This document shows positions 1-18,985 of a DNA stretch of 64,000 nt, piece by piece. Made by a program: the position numbers and the translations under genes. The DNA is from the human T2T-CHM13v2.0 reference genome, Homo sapiens. Numbering within the stretch: position 1 is the first letter of the stretch; every line of letters begins with the position of its first letter. The stretch lies in assembly GCF_009914755.1 (NCBI RefSeq), contig NC_060928.1; one strand, written 5' to 3'. Below the pieces are notes generated by a model that saw only the letters and a program-made list of their open reading frames with translations, was not told the origin of the DNA and ran no database searches.

Positions 1-520
1 ATAGACCTGGAGCAATCCAGATGCATAGTGTCTGTTTTGTAGGATCGATTAAAGTTGAACATAGGCCTACTCTATGACTCAGCAATTCTTTTTTCTAATT
101 GTAAATTGACAATTTATAATTGTATAAATGTATGTAATTTGTATAATATAACCAATGGGACACAAAATGATGCAAAACAATGTAGAATAATTAATATAGT
201 TAAATATTTATCATCTCAAATTCTTAATATTTTTTGTGGTGAGAACATTTCAAATTTACTCTTAGCAATTTCAAAATGTAAAATACTGTAACTATATTCA
301 TCATGCTGTGCAATAGATCTTCAAAAAGTAATTCCTCTTGTCTGAGATTTTGTACCCTTTGACCAACATCTCCCCATTCTCCCCATGCCCCAGCCTTTGT
401 ACCACAGAACCATATTATCATATTCTACTCTCTGCTTCTATTAGTTCAATTATTTTAGATTCTACCTATAACTAAGATCATGCAGTATATGTCTTTCTGT
501 GCCTGAATTATTTCACTTAG

Positions 521-923
<403 letters not shown>

Positions 924-1317
924 TACCATGTTTTCTTTATTCATTCATCTGTTGGTAGACGTTTAGGTTGATTCCAAACTTGGCTATTGTAAATAGTACT
1001 GCAATGAACATGAGAGTGCAGATGTCTCTTTGACAAACTGATTTCAAACTTTTGGAGCAAATACTCAGAAGTGGGATTGCTGGATTATATGGTAATTTTG
1101 TTTTTAAATTTTTTAGGAACCTCCATACTTTTTTCCAAAATGGCTGTACTAATTTACATTCCCAAGAACAGGGTAAAAGGGTTCCCTTTCTCCAAGTCCT
1201 TGACAACACTTATCTTTCATGTTTTTGATGATAGCCATTCTAGCAGAAGTGAGATCATCTTATTGTGGTTTTAATTTGTATTTCTCTAATAATTAATGTT
1301 GAGCACTTTTTCATGAA

Positions 1318-1475
1318 CAGTCATTCCTAGATATACTCAGGCTATTGGTTCCAGGACCTCCTTTAATACCAAAATGTGAGCATACTCAAGTCCCACAGTC
1401 AGCCCTGTGGAACCCACAAAATTCACATATAAGTAGAACTGCATAGTTCAAACCAGGATTGTTAAGGATCAACTG
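1318..1475. mobile_element. MER8-like TcMar-Tigger MITE, internally deleted
   Basis: CAGTCATTCC...GATCAACTG termini followed by TA; internal GGTTCCAGGACC and GTTCAAACC motifs. Confidence 0.65.
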
Positions 1476-1514
1476 TATCCTGTTGGCCATTTGTATGTCT
1501 TCTTTTGAGAAACA

Positions 1515-2030
1515 TATGACCCAACAATTCCACTTCTAGGCATATACTCAACAAAAATGAGTATATATGCACCCCCCAAATGGTACAACAGTATTCATAA
1601 TGACATTTTTCATAATAGCCCAGAACTGGAAATAAATAGTAGAAATGTAGTAGAATGGCTACATACATTGTAGCATTCCCACAAAGGAATACTTTATAGC
1701 AAAGAAAAGAAATAAACTCCTGCCATATGCAACATGGGTGAATTTCACAAATATAATATTAAGGAAAAGGAGCCAGAAGCAAGAAAAATACATAATGTAT
1801 GATTCCATTTATATGAAGTTCAAAAGTAGGCAGCACTACAAGATGGTGCCTGGTGCCAGGATAACAATTCCCCTTGGGGAGGGGGTGTATATAACAGTGG
1901 GAGAATGGGTGCTATCAATGTTCTATCTTTTGATCCAAGGTTGTTCATTGAGCTCTATACTTATAATTTATGCAGTTTTATGTGAAGTAGGTGAATTACA
2001 CTTCAATAGGGTGTTTACTAAGAAATAAGA
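1515..2030 (+). mobile_element. Ancient L1ME-type 3' fragment (continues at about 50-88)
   Basis: TATGACCCAACAATTCCACTTCTAGG ... ATGATTCCATTTATATGAAGTTCAAAA are old-L1 3' hallmarks. Confidence 0.7.
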
Positions 2031-2099
2031 CAAGGTACTTCCTTTAATAAAAAGAAAGTTAGTAGTTACTATATAAAGACTACACCCAAAGAAACCAAC

Positions 2100-2726
2100 T
2101 TAAGATATGCAGCTTCAGAATTCAGGGCTAACATATCCCCCAGTGAAACATGACTTTTCATTTAGAGCAAACTTCTACATTATTTCGTTCATTTTCAATT
2201 CCAAGTGCTCTTTGCATGTACAAAAATGAAGTGAGAACTGTCGATGTGTTGGCTCCATTAGCAGAAGAACTTTTCAAAGTGTTAAATGATGCCAGTTTTA
2301 TATCTAAGTCTTCAGATGCTTCAAAGAGAAAGTCAGTTAGGTTAAGTCCAATAATAGCTCATTGTTTTCATCTGCTGCAGCAAATTGAGGTTTGAAGTTC
2401 ACTCTGACAAAAGTGAAATAGTTCTCATCATTGTGAATGCTATTGTAACTTCAGTTTAAAATGTCAATATTAAAGATAAATTTACTTGGTTTTTGTAGCT
2501 GTAATATTTTGAACTAATGTACATAAGTATATGATACTTTATTGCAAAGAGTTTTAAAATAGAACTATAAGATAGTTCTATTACAGACCAATGTAACAAT
2601 GCCAATATGTTACACAGTTAATACATTCAAAAAATTACATAATTTTTATTATTTTAACCTCCCTCTTTCAAAGGTGTCCCAGTTAAGTTACATGTTAAAT
2701 ATAAGTTAAGTTATGTGGTCTCCCTA
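2100..2726 (+). mobile_element. hAT-Blackjack-like DNA transposon fragment with decayed transposase
   Basis: ORF 2150..2395 (VLAPLAEELFKVLNDASFISKSSDASKRK) resembles the hAT DDE first-aspartate region; ends in a TGGTCTCCCTA TIR-like sequence. Confidence 0.55.
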
Positions 2727-3504
2727 TTCATGACAAATAGCTGAATCACCCTTCCTTTCTCTAGCAAGCCATCCCAACACTCCTCCCTTCCCTACTCCAG
2801 ACAGAATGAATCACTCAAAGCCCTATGATGTGGTAAATCTGCCTGAGGTGGGGGGTGATGGAAAGAACATTCAAACTTCCACAGCTTTGCTTACGCTTTT
2901 TTCAGTTTGAAATGTACACAGCCTATGTGGGGAACTAGTCCATCAGTTGTGCAGGATAATGAAGCGTAAAAGAGTAGGAATGAGGTGAAGTTGGAGAGCA
3001 AAATCTTTCAAAATCTGGCCCCAACCAAAAAGTTGGAAGTTTATCCTCTAGTCGATGGAAAAGTCTAAAAAGTTTCCACCAAAGGGAGTGACAAGATCCC
3101 ATTTACACCTTTAGGAAGATTGTTCTAAGACTGCAAGGGATAAATTGGCAAGGACAAAGACTAGAAGCAAGATCAGTTGGTTTAACTCAGCAAGTGTCAT
3201 CGGTGTTTCTGCAAAAAATAAAATTCTTAAGGAAAGAGTAAAAGGGAAAAGAAGAGATTTTTCGAGGCAGAATTAAGAGGATTTGGTGACAGATAGGTAA
3301 TGGGATTAATTAAAAAGCAAATGTAAATCACTTAGCTTAGGGCCCAGCCCATAGTAGACATCCAATAAATATTCATTTCCCTACCTCTTAAAAGTGCATA
3401 TACTTTACAACGAGTGTGTTTTTCTGTTCTTTGGTTGCTGGAATAACTATGGCCCATATTCTTTTTTTAACTAAATAATATATTTTCATCTGGGAAAAAA
3501 AAAC

Positions 3505-4180
3505 TTAAATACAATGAAAATTGGAACAACCACTTTGGAGAATTTTTGGTAATATTTGGCAAAAATTGGCAGTTTGAGTAAAGTCAAAGATACTAATACT
3601 CCAAGACCCTGCAAGTCCACTTGTGGCTATAACCCATACTGAAACTCTTACATGTATGAGAGTCTTATGCATAAGGATGCTCATTGCAGCATCGTTCATA
3701 ATTACAGAAAACTGGAACCAATGAAAACATCTATGAAAAGGAAAATGAGTAAATGAGCTGCAGAATATTCATATAATGTAATAGTATACCACACTTACCA
3801 GCATGGATAAATCTCGATAACATATTAAGCAACACGAAAAAAAAGTTGCAGAGGGATATAGTATGACACCATTTAAATTAAGTTTAAAAACCTGTTAAAA
3901 TATTATCTAATAAGGGAAAAGTCTATACAAGAGGGGTACATAGGAGGTCTTAATTGTATGTGACATTTAATTTCTATTTTTCCTTATTGAAACATTTTTA
4001 TTGTATTCTCTTGTTGGAAGGGGAAGATAGGGACAGATAAGATGAATAGAATATGACATTGACATTTAATTTCTTTGAAAAAAAAGTATGGAGTAATGTT
4101 AGGATTTAATAGGGGTGCATTTTCTGGTGTTCATGACAAGGTTATTTTTATTCATACATAAAACATTTTGCAATAAAATG
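3505..4180 (+). mobile_element. Ancient L1ME-type 3' fragment
   Basis: AACCACTTTGGAGAA...GGATGCTCATTGCAGCATCGTTCATAAT...GCATGGATAAATCTC. Confidence 0.65.
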
Positions 4181-4802
4181 AAAAGAATAATGCAGTAGAA
4201 TAGTCAGATGTCTATTCTCCTCTATGCTTCAGAATAATACTGTGCCCAGTATTTGCTAAAGGCTTCAGGATAGACATTGGGTCACATCTTTAACCTTGAA
4301 TTATCTCCACAGAAACAGCAACCACCTTGGTGCACTAGACAGAGAGATGGGTGTGGGTGCTCTTTTTGGCTCTAACCTTGAGCAATTCAATAATTGTTTC
4401 TGTAACCTTGTGCAATTCATTTCACTCTTGCCCTCAACTCCCTCAAATCCAGAGATCCAATCAATACAGCTAAGGTGACAGCCTGAATCTTACAGCAAAT
4501 CTTAAAAATAATACCAGGGGTAGCAACCATGTATCACTGTCCCAGAGCCTCATGTAAGCATTTTCACTAGGAGGATTAAATGAGACAGTGTATTCATGTT
4601 CTGTTGTCCCTAATCTATACATCAGGAAACAGGCTTAAAGAAGTTAACTAACTTGCCAATGACACACAGATAGAGCAGGGTTTTTAACCCAGATGTCACT
4701 TTCTGATTCCAAAGCCCATGCACGGTCTTAACCAGACCGACCAGAGGACTCTTGCTACGTCAGATCCTTACTGTTAGTGAGTATCCCTTTTAATGTTCTG
4801 AC

Positions 4803-4932
4803 TAGGATGGCCATGTAACTTATCCTGAAAACTGAGATACTTTGAGTGTAAAAGAGGGCACTAATAATTACTCTGGGACCACAGGCATAAACCAGGACTG
4901 TCCCAGGCTAACTAGAATACATAGTCACCATA
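4803..4932. mobile_element. MER81/MER94-type hAT-Blackjack MITE
   Basis: TAGGATGGCCAT...ATAGTCACCATA terminal inverted repeats; internal AAACCAGGACTGTCCCAGG. Confidence 0.65.
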
Positions 4933-5634
4933 GTAATGAGACTCTGGCAAACACATTCCAGCAGGCTTTTCAGATATATCACACAAGCACAATGGTTTTC
5001 TAGTAGTAAACAAGCCGATTGATTTAGATTCCCAGTTTAAGGTTCTGTTAGCACGAGAAGTCCTCTTAACCCAGCTGGCAGAAATAGACGGCACAAGGAG
5101 TGCCTTCCAACAGCGTCTGCCCATAGCTGTTGCCCACAGAGGAACACAGCAGCTGCTCCAAAGTCTTTCCAGGGCTTAGCCCTTATCGCCCTATTCACAT
5201 TCAGGAGCATGGAGTTTCTATTTCCTCCCTTGCTGAAGCATTTAAAAAAATCTGTCTGCAAAGAAGCATTCACTCCTGAAAAACTTTGATATAAGAATGG
5301 GACGATGTTGCCCTCTGGTGTTACCAAGGAAGTGGCAAGCAGCTACACAGACTCGGTCAGGGCAAGGGTGAAGGCAAGGGAAAGCAGAACACTAGCTCTT
5401 ACCAAGCAAGTGTATGAACATGTCTTCCTCCTTAATCCTTACGACAACTTTGCAAAGTCCATCCTTATATTCCTCATTTTTATAGATAAGGAAACCGCTC
5501 AGAGAATGAGTACTGTGTTCAAGGTCACACAGCGAGAAAATGTATTGAAATTTGAACCCATATCTATCTAGCATTAAAGTCTATGGTCTTTCCTTATATC
5601 ATTCTATAGGCCAATATAAAAACTGGGGTCTTCA

Positions 5635-6034
<400 letters not shown>

Positions 6035-8849
6035 TTAAAATGAACATGTATGAGGGATAGACTAGTCACTCAGTGCCTGTGATTATGTGATCACTTTCAC
6101 GTGTAATGCCCTCCTACATCTTTGTAATATTTGCCTACATCCTTTGGAAACATTCACTGTTTTCTTCACCAGTCCTGGTCTCTCTCTTGTTTTTGACCCT
6201 CCTGCCACTTTCTCGGTAGCAGTTTTCTTAGTCACCTTGTATTACAGTCATGGGTTTATCTAATTCCTCTGTTCATCACCCTTGTATTATATAATAAACT
6301 ACCTGAGAGCTGAGATGGGTGTTTCACATTTTTAAATTTCAAACCTCCGTAATACCCTTTCACAGTGCTTCACTAAGAATAGACCCTCAAGGTGTTTGCA
6401 GAATTTGGACTGCATTAGATATCAGCTACTTGATGAGATTTTAATTCCAAGAGGCTAATTTTTTTTTCCAACTTGGTAGCATCCCATTGTGTCCTCTTAC
6501 AGGGCCAATTAGCCATGTTAAACGTCTAATAGCCTGGCAGGATCAGAGCTCTCCCAACTCACATCCCTATACTGGTGAAAGCATAAGACAACGAACCCTG
6601 GAACTGGGAAATGGGCTGGTGGTACGGCCTCTCTCTGCATCTCCAGAGTGGAGGCTGTAGGGGCAGTGTTCTGCTATGCTTGTTTCTGTCTCCTTTCATT
6701 CCCCCATTCCCCTCTATATTTGGTAGTTATTCTGTTCTACCCTAGCACTTTCTACCCTCTCATTCAACTGCTCCCTTAAATAGAACCTTTCTGCTTTTTC
6801 CTTTCCCTAAATGGCTTTCACTGATTCTGACTCTGGCGAGTCCTCTGTTTTCAGGGAAATGTGGCTAACCTCCTGACCTGTAATTCTGCTACACAACAGC
6901 TGTCTTCCCACAGGCCATATATTAACCCTGTTTAAGCAACTCTTTAAATTCCTGACATGCTCAGTCAGCAGCAGCATTAGCAGCAGCACCATCTGCTAGG
7001 AGTTTAACCCTCTGGCTCCCTGGACTTGAATGGTGGAGGTAGATTAGAAACTCAAGCTTCCACATGTAGCTTGGTAAGTCACACGTTACCTAAATGCTCC
7101 CCTGTAATTCCACTGATTCTAAACATTAGCAAAGTAAGTTTTGATATTAAAAAGGAAAAATTCTAGTACATTTATGTTTCAGTGATATACAATAGGAAAA
7201 TATTAGAAACAACTTAAATATCCAATAAATACAAAATTAAGCCATATAATAGCACAACCAAATCATTTTGAATGGCTTCATAATATTCTGTGGTTTTGAC
7301 ATATATGTGTTAACCTGGAAAAATACTTAAGTGAGAAAAAAACAGAATATAAGAAATAATTTACAAGTAGTAACCTTCTTGATGTACTTTTATCCAAACA
7401 TTTTTTTTCCTATGTATATATTTTTTAAAAGATAGGAAAACAACTGCTATTAGTTTAGAAGACATTTCCAGATATTTATAGTAGTAACAAGTCAATGCCA
7501 ATATAATACTCTGCTCTAGGTACAGCATGTTAACAACATAAACCCACAGCCAACGGGTAGCCTAAACAATTTTATTGCTTCCACCAGCTCCTGTAACTCT
7601 TTCTTCTATTAGCAATTCTTCAATGCCACCCCCATAAAAAATCAACCCTTTTATTTCCCTCTCTTCTGCCCTCTCTTTCTTCCCAAAGTCATCTCAGACT
7701 CTTTTCTTGGCACCTCTTTGAGTCACAGATAAGGGGAATAGAACAGCAGAATAGAGCAAATACTTCTCCCATTTTATCTTTTCACCAGGGCTCTCCTCCC
7801 TATGTCCCTGAAAGTACACAGGTCACTGTCACTAAAGAAAAACTGGTGGCCCCTGAATACACAATTCCATTGGAAGGTGACAGTCCTACCACTGTAGTTT
7901 CAGACAGGCAAGATCATAATTTTGTATAATAATTGCCTAATTCCAGAAAATGGGCACAAAAATATTGTTTGCTTCCCAAAACCATAATGGAGGTTACTCT
8001 CAGGCCTTTGCCATACATGCTAAAAAAAAATTCTTATTTCTTTTTCTGGCATTTATTTTCAGCATATGGTGATAGTTGCTGAGAGCCCACGTGACCTAAC
8101 ACTTGTCCCACCAGACAGCTGAGTATTTTTACTGATGGACACTGGCATCTACTTGGAGGAGCCTCTTTAATATGTATTTAGGCAGCAGGTGTTCAAAACA
8201 CAGTTCAGTCCTGTTATACAAAGAGCCATTTCCAGTCATTCCATTTGTATTCAGAACGTAATCAGATCAAGGAATAACTCTAGATAATATTAGAGAAAAA
8301 GGGAGGACAATTATAGGTTCATAACTCTGCCCATCCACTGTAGCTTGGAATTTGGGAAGAGTACAGAGGAGAGGTGCAGATTCAATTAATTTCTTGATAA
8401 GTTTTCCATTTTATGAGTTCCCACACTTGATTATATAGCAATACCCTATTCCCTTATAGCACAAACACACATGTATACCACCATGTCACCATGGATTAAG
8501 TTCCTGAATATCTACAAGATGAAAGAAGTTGAATTTGGGAAACTTAAGAGCCTAACGCATAAACAGGAATGAGAGACTGAGATTAGTGGTGAACTTATGT
8601 CAGTTCCATAAAATTAATAAAACTATAAAAGAGCACAGTAAATAGACTGTTGATAGCCTTTTGTGCAACTTAAATTAGTAATAATGGGTCTGTACTGAAT
8701 AAAATGGAGAGGAGAAAGATAGGAGTTCTCAAGTCCTAGTGGTCTTGACTGATCTTTCTTTCCATGGCTCCTCAAACTTTAAACTAGTCTTGATTGGAAT
8801 CTTTTACTCACCCCACCTAAGAAACACAAGAGGAGGAACAAGACTAATG

Positions 8850-9350
8850 ATGAACGATTCATTTAGTTTCAAAGATAGTGAAATTAGGTGTGCCCAAGAA
8901 TTTCCCAAGAGGCAGTTAGAAATAGAGAACTAAAAGAGATTAGGAGTGGAGACAGACATTAGGGAGTCATCTAAATAGGAATAATGGATGGAAAAAATGA
9001 AAAGGAAAGAAAGCAAGTAGGGCTGATGCTTGAAATAATTCAAGACCAGTGGACAGAGAAAATGAACAAGATATAAATTATTTTTCCTACATTATCTTCA
9101 AATCTTCTGAAGTTTCACAGAAGCCAAGAGAACAGAGACTTTTCAAAAGAAATGGATGCTTATCATGGCTGAGCATTATAGAAAGGTAGAGGAAAAAAAG
9201 GACCAAGATCATTAATTTGATATCTGGGAATAGACAGTCCATCTCTGGTTTCTGGATTCATTACTCCACTAAAATGCGTCTCTCCAGGTAAAGAGAGTTT
9301 AAAGACTAAGTGTATGATGAGGGAAACAAAGGACAAGGGTAGACTCCTCC
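8850..9350 (-). mobile_element. L2 fragment
   Basis: AGGCAGTTAGAAATAGAG...GGAGACAGACATTAGGGAGTCATC matches the antisense L2 pattern. Confidence 0.5.
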
Positions 9351-11725
9351 CTTTCCTTCAGTATCAAACTATTTCCCTTCTTTCAAGGTGAGAGGGTAAT
9401 GGAATCAAACTTTCTGCAGAATAAAAGAGGCTCAATTATGTTAAGAGTTGAGCTGTTGTTCAGTTATGCCAAATAAGTAAATTGGTCCAGATAAGAAAAT
9501 TAGAAGTTACATTTCTTCTAGTCCTAGTTTATTTATATATATCATACACATTCTTGATAAAAACATTTTTTAAACATTAAAACTTCAAAATAGAATTTCA
9601 GAAACCTTCTGTCCATTACTTTTAAACCATCACTGGCCTAACTTTTTTTTTCCTTAATGCTATATTATGACCATTTTTCTTTGTCCATAAACACATATTA
9701 TGCCTGCTTAGGTTTTCCAACATACAGGTATACCTTAATTTACTAAAACAGCCCTGGAGACAGGTCTGTCTCCAAATTCCTTCAGTTATAATTTAACTCT
9801 TTGAAACTTTGAAGACATTTTTGATTAATGAATACGAACATAAGTATCTGAATGAAAATGAAAACTGAAGATCCTATAATTCTAAACGGCAGAGTTGGGA
9901 GGCTAATTAGTGGTCGTCTAGCCTGATCATCAACAGAAAGCATATTTTCTTCTGTGGTTGTCCAGAAGTAATAGCAAAAAAGTCTCTACGTGGTCAATTT
10001 TTAAACAATTCCAATAATTTAGAAACTCTCCCATTTATTATTCTGTGTGACTTTAAGGGAATAAAAGTAAGAACAAAAAGTGGCTATTACAGAAAGACTT
10101 ATTAATGCCTCTCCCATATAACAATATTAAGTATTTGAAGGGCTGTCATATTTGTCTCCTTTAATTAATTCAATAAACTTTTATTGAGGACTCTGTGCAA
10201 AGATGAACCAAAAAACTGCTCCACCCTCCAAAAATGGGTAGTTGCAAAAACCTTCAGTATCCTCTCACCTCCCTAACTTACCCTGTGAATTTCCCAATGG
10301 CTCTCTGTCTTTTTTTTTTGTACCCCCTTCTCCCCCCAGAAAAAGTATGCCTGGAGACTGGCCTGCATTAGGATAGTAGAGGAAACATTCATCTTTTGCC
10401 TTATTCACATTTAATCTAGTATTCAGTGTCATATAGTTTGTAAGGGGTGAGTTTGCAGACTCAAATGTTTGCAGTAATTAACCAAAGACATCCCCTTAGT
10501 ACTAATTTACATTATCATGTAAAATGGAGAAACTGGTCATGTGGATATCATTCAAGACTCTTCAGAAACAATTGCTTGGTCACTTGTGTTGGGGAGAAAC
10601 CCAGTCTGGAGGGTTAAAAGTAGCAGCACATTCTCATGCTGTCAGCCCCTCTAGCAAATCTTTCTTCCTTCCACTGGGAAAAAAGTGGAAGATGTTCCAG
10701 GGATCATTGGATCAATGCCTGAATCTAACTTCCTGACCACAGGGTAGAGAATTCACATATTCAAAATATGAAGCCCTTTTTTTCCCCTGAAAGCGTGGTA
10801 TAGGATGTAAAATATCTAAACTCAAGCTTTCTGAATTTACCTGACTTTCCATAGGTACAGCTCAAAACTATTAAGGGAATAAATAAAAAGTTGGGCAAGT
10901 GCATTTTTGGTTTAAAATGGGACTCTTAAAGCAGAAGGGAGTTTCCTTCCCCCTCCCCCACAAAGAATATTTTATAGATGTGAAAATACTAAGAGATTAA
11001 AGTTTCAGCAGAAATAAATATCTCAAAGGAGGCACCATACTATTTCCTTTCCATATGTTTAGTACCTCATTTTCACACATCGTTTGTAGTCTCCTAAGTT
11101 TAGACAAATCATCTTAGCTATGTAGTTGCAAATCACTAAAGAGAGCCAAGCTCATAGAAGGGAAAATGTATGTTGTTCTTTGGGTTTCTGAATAAGGAAA
11201 GTACTTAGGTAGAATCTTATTTAAAAGCTTGCTATTTTAAGTAATTTCATGCCTCTCATAAGATGGTATGTATAATAACTTCACCTATATACTGTATAAA
11301 AAATAGGTACTAACCCTAATCAGAACTAATGCTAGAACTACACAAGATTTCTCTAGCATTCATGCTGTTACTACTAACAACATACATAATATATATGATA
11401 TGGCCATATATTTGCAAGCTTCTCTGAAGTCCCATATCATCTCTAGGACTCTATCCACAGCACATAGTGTGTACGTAACTGAGAATGGGATATGCTTCTT
11501 GTGCTGGTCATTTGCCTGATTGTTCTCAGATTCATTCTCATCCTTCCCTAATTCTCCTGTATCTGAAGGTGTACATTTCTCAGGCTCCTTTAACAACTGG
11601 CTTCTGAATAGGTTTGGCAAATGGGAAGCTTTAATGGATTACTTGAAGAAATACCCTGGAGAAGAGAAGCAGCCAGGGTATTTCTCCCTTTCTCTCTCTG
11701 CTTAGTGGCACCTCTGGCAGTGACT

Positions 11726-12047
11726 GTTTGGTGTTGGTTTTTGTTTTGTTTTGTTTTGTTTTTTTTGAGACAGAGTCTCGCTCTGTTGCCCAGGCTGGAG
11801 TGCAGTGGCATGATCTTGGCTCACTGCAAGCTCCACCTCCTGGGTTCATGCCATTCTCCTGCCTCAGCCTCCTGAACAGCTGGGACTACAGGTGCCCACC
11901 ACCACACCCGGCTAATTTTTTGGATTTTTAGTAGAGATGGGGTTTCACCGTGTTAGCCAGGATGGTCTCGGTTTCCTGACCTCGTGATCCGCCTGCCTCG
12001 GCCTCCCAAAGTGCTGGGATTACAGGCATGAGCCACCGCGCCTGGCC
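11726..12047 (-). mobile_element. AluY inserted in the LTR
   Basis: AluY diagnostics GCAAGCTCCACC, GCCATTCTCC, TTAGCCAGGATGGTCTCG; AGTGACT TSD; (TTTTG)n tail. Confidence 0.93.
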
Positions 12048-13399
12048 TAGTGACTTTTTTCCATAACAGCAACTCCTTTGGGATAATTCTATGTATTTCC
12101 AGATCTCACAAGACAGCCACTGAGAAGTTCTAGCTCCTACTAGATGGTTCAGTTTCTGAGCTCTGAGAACACTATGTCTTCCCTTCTACCTCATCAGCCA
12201 AAATGGTGGTAGCACTTTCCTGCTTTTCCTAATTTCAGGATTCCTCAATATCTTCTCATTTGGCTTCACAACTCTTCTATTACCTGTGCAACAAGTCCCC
12301 TGCACTAAATGTCTTCTGTCTGCTATACACAGAGTGATTTCTGGTTTTCTGAGGGGCTTCTTACTGATACTCCACACAGAAGTCTAAGACTGTGTTGTCA
12401 TTTTTGATCATGAATGCAGTGACGACCTCCTTACAGGCAAGAAATGGGACACTAGCAATTTGTGGTAGGCAGCGATATCATACTTAAACTATAAGCTGCA
12501 GTTTCTCAAGGCATGGTACAAGTTGAAGGCAAGACTTTGGTCAAGTAACTATTGCATTTGACTGTTATGATAGTAATAATAATAACAAGAATTATTACAT
12601 AGGATGGATGTTTCTGACTGCCCTGAAGAGTATGCACAAAGAAAAAGATAAGCCTAAGGCCTTAAATTTTTTAACCCAAAAATCAAGCTATATAGCCACA
12701 TTCCATACCCATCACCATAAGGCAGATGACTGAGTATCAGGCCCAAGGCTTGATAATGCATCATCAGTTACATGTGTAGTCCTATCAGGTATTTTATGCT
12801 GAGGTAAAGGACCTGGTTGGGAAGGAGTGGTACCCGAGACTTTGAAAGGGCAGACAGGGATGAGGTTCTGAATGCTGAATTCCCCTGAGCCTTCCTCTCC
12901 AGCAAAAGCAGCTTTCCTTTTGTCAGTTTTTCCATTTAACACCCGAACTGAGGCAAATAATCTTCACTTGCATAAAACCATTGCACGACTTCACTAGTGG
13001 CAGATGCCCTAGAAGAGGATGCTTATTCTTCCAGAGCCCATTCAAACCACCCATCGTTTCTAATCTCATAACAAGAGTTTGATCCAACATAGCCCAGATG
13101 AAAGTGAATGATCTGCTGCCATATGAAATAGCAAATACACCAAAGGAGCTGCAAAATGTTGTTAATTTATGTTAAATGTAGGGGACATGTATGAAAATAT
13201 ATTCTAAAGGACTATTCAAAAGGACGAAACAAAGGTTGGATCAGGCGGAATTTATTGAGATAGACATGTATACCTGGATTCAGGATTTCCTGTGGTGACT
13301 CACTCAAGCACCAGCGGTGGTATCAATCACCTGCTAGTTTAGTAGAATAAGGCCAGTAAGATATGAAGTAGAGATGTTGCTTGGCACACTGAAGAACAA

Positions 13400-13546
13400 T
13401 GCTTTCAGACAGAAATAAAATACAAACCACAAATGTAATTTTAAATTTTCTAGCACCCACATTTTAATATGTTTTTAACAAATTATCTCAAGTGCTCAAT
13501 AGCCGCTAACCATGAGGCTAGTGGCTGTAGTATTAGATAGCACAGT
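13400..13546. mobile_element. MER33/MER3-type hAT-Charlie fragment
   Basis: ATGTAATTTTAAATTTTCTAG...CAAGTGCTCAATAGCC...GGCTAGTGGCT...ATAGCACAG. Confidence 0.6.
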
Positions 13547-14594
13547 ACAGGCAAAGGAGTCTGGAGAATTAGAAATCTGGAATGGATTCACAGCGTGCAA
13601 ACTGCTTAACCACTGCCAACCATACCCTTGCTTTGAAGGATCCAGAGGACTCTCCTTTTACTAAGTTGTTAAGAAATGCACTGGTGAGGGAAGCATGCTC
13701 ATATAAAGGACAGTTGCATCCTGTTATATAGCAGCATTAGCTTGTGGTTGTATCACAGTTTAAAATGGCTATAAGTGTGAGAATGGATGCTGAGTCGTAA
13801 AAACAGCATATGTACTAATCATTTGCTTGCTTTGTCTTGCATGCATTCCCCACTGTTCCTCTGTTCTGAATGTGTCAAGGAAGCAACGTTTTCCAGGCTT
13901 CTTTACCCATCACTTACGGTTAGGTTCAGCCAATGGGAGACCTGGAGGGAAACTGGAGGGAAGAGTGGAAGGAAAGCCAGGGAATTTCTTCTTTTCTTAC
14001 TTCAGGTAGCATTTCCAGCAGAGCCTGAGCCTTCTCTGATCCCAGCCCTCAAAAGACAGCCCCTCCTTCTGTGATACCACCTCCTATGGACAGCCCTTGC
14101 CATGATTCTAACTCCTGACAGGCAAACCAGTTTCCTGTATCTGTTTGTTAGTGGCATCTCTTCCCAATATCTAGTGTCTTGAAGCTTACAGTGGCTTTTG
14201 GATGTTGCTAATTTCTGGTTTGCATCACCATCTACTATTTGACTTCATCTTTCCCTTGCCCATTTAACTGATTCACTGCATTATATTTATCTTGATTAAC
14301 ATAAGGTAGCTTCTGTTTATTCAATCAAACTCTGTTTAATGCAATCCCTTATTATAGACACCTCTAATCCATGGGAAAGAGATCACAAATCCCCACAAAT
14401 TGATATACACTGATCTCTTAAATAAAGCCTACCTGTTTTTCCCTGATGTTTTACAGTTTTAAGTATTCAATACATCCTTATGATACACACACAAACATAG
14501 AACTTATATGCCAAGTATTACAGTTTTCTGTGGCAAGATTTTCTAAAATCTGGGAGCACTAATATTACCTGCCATGCGAAACCTGTTACTCTTT

Positions 14595-15800
<1,206 letters not shown>

Positions 15801-16029
15801 GCCCTTTCCTGTACCAACTCATGCCCAAGATTACATAGCTATTGAGTTACCAATCTTTCTGGGCCTCAGCTTCATCTGGAAAATTAAGAGAATCACAATA
15901 CATATTTTATTATGTTGTTGTGACGATTAAATGAGTTTATATGAAGCATATAAACAGTGCCTGGCACATAACAAACCCTACAACAGCCAATTCTAAGTTT
16001 TATATTAACTTGCCATGATCTACAAATAA

Positions 16030-18985
<2,956 letters not shown>

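Larger units (their letters stand above)
11500..14343 (+). mobile_element. ERVL proviral remnant: LTR33-like LTRs (11500-12370 and 13811-14343) around a decayed internal gag region
   Basis: Two related LTRs (TGTGCTGGTCATTTGC / TGTACTAATCATTTGC starts; shared AGCCAGGG.ATTTCT); internal TPKELQNVVNL and RLDQAEFIEI motifs. Confidence 0.65.
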
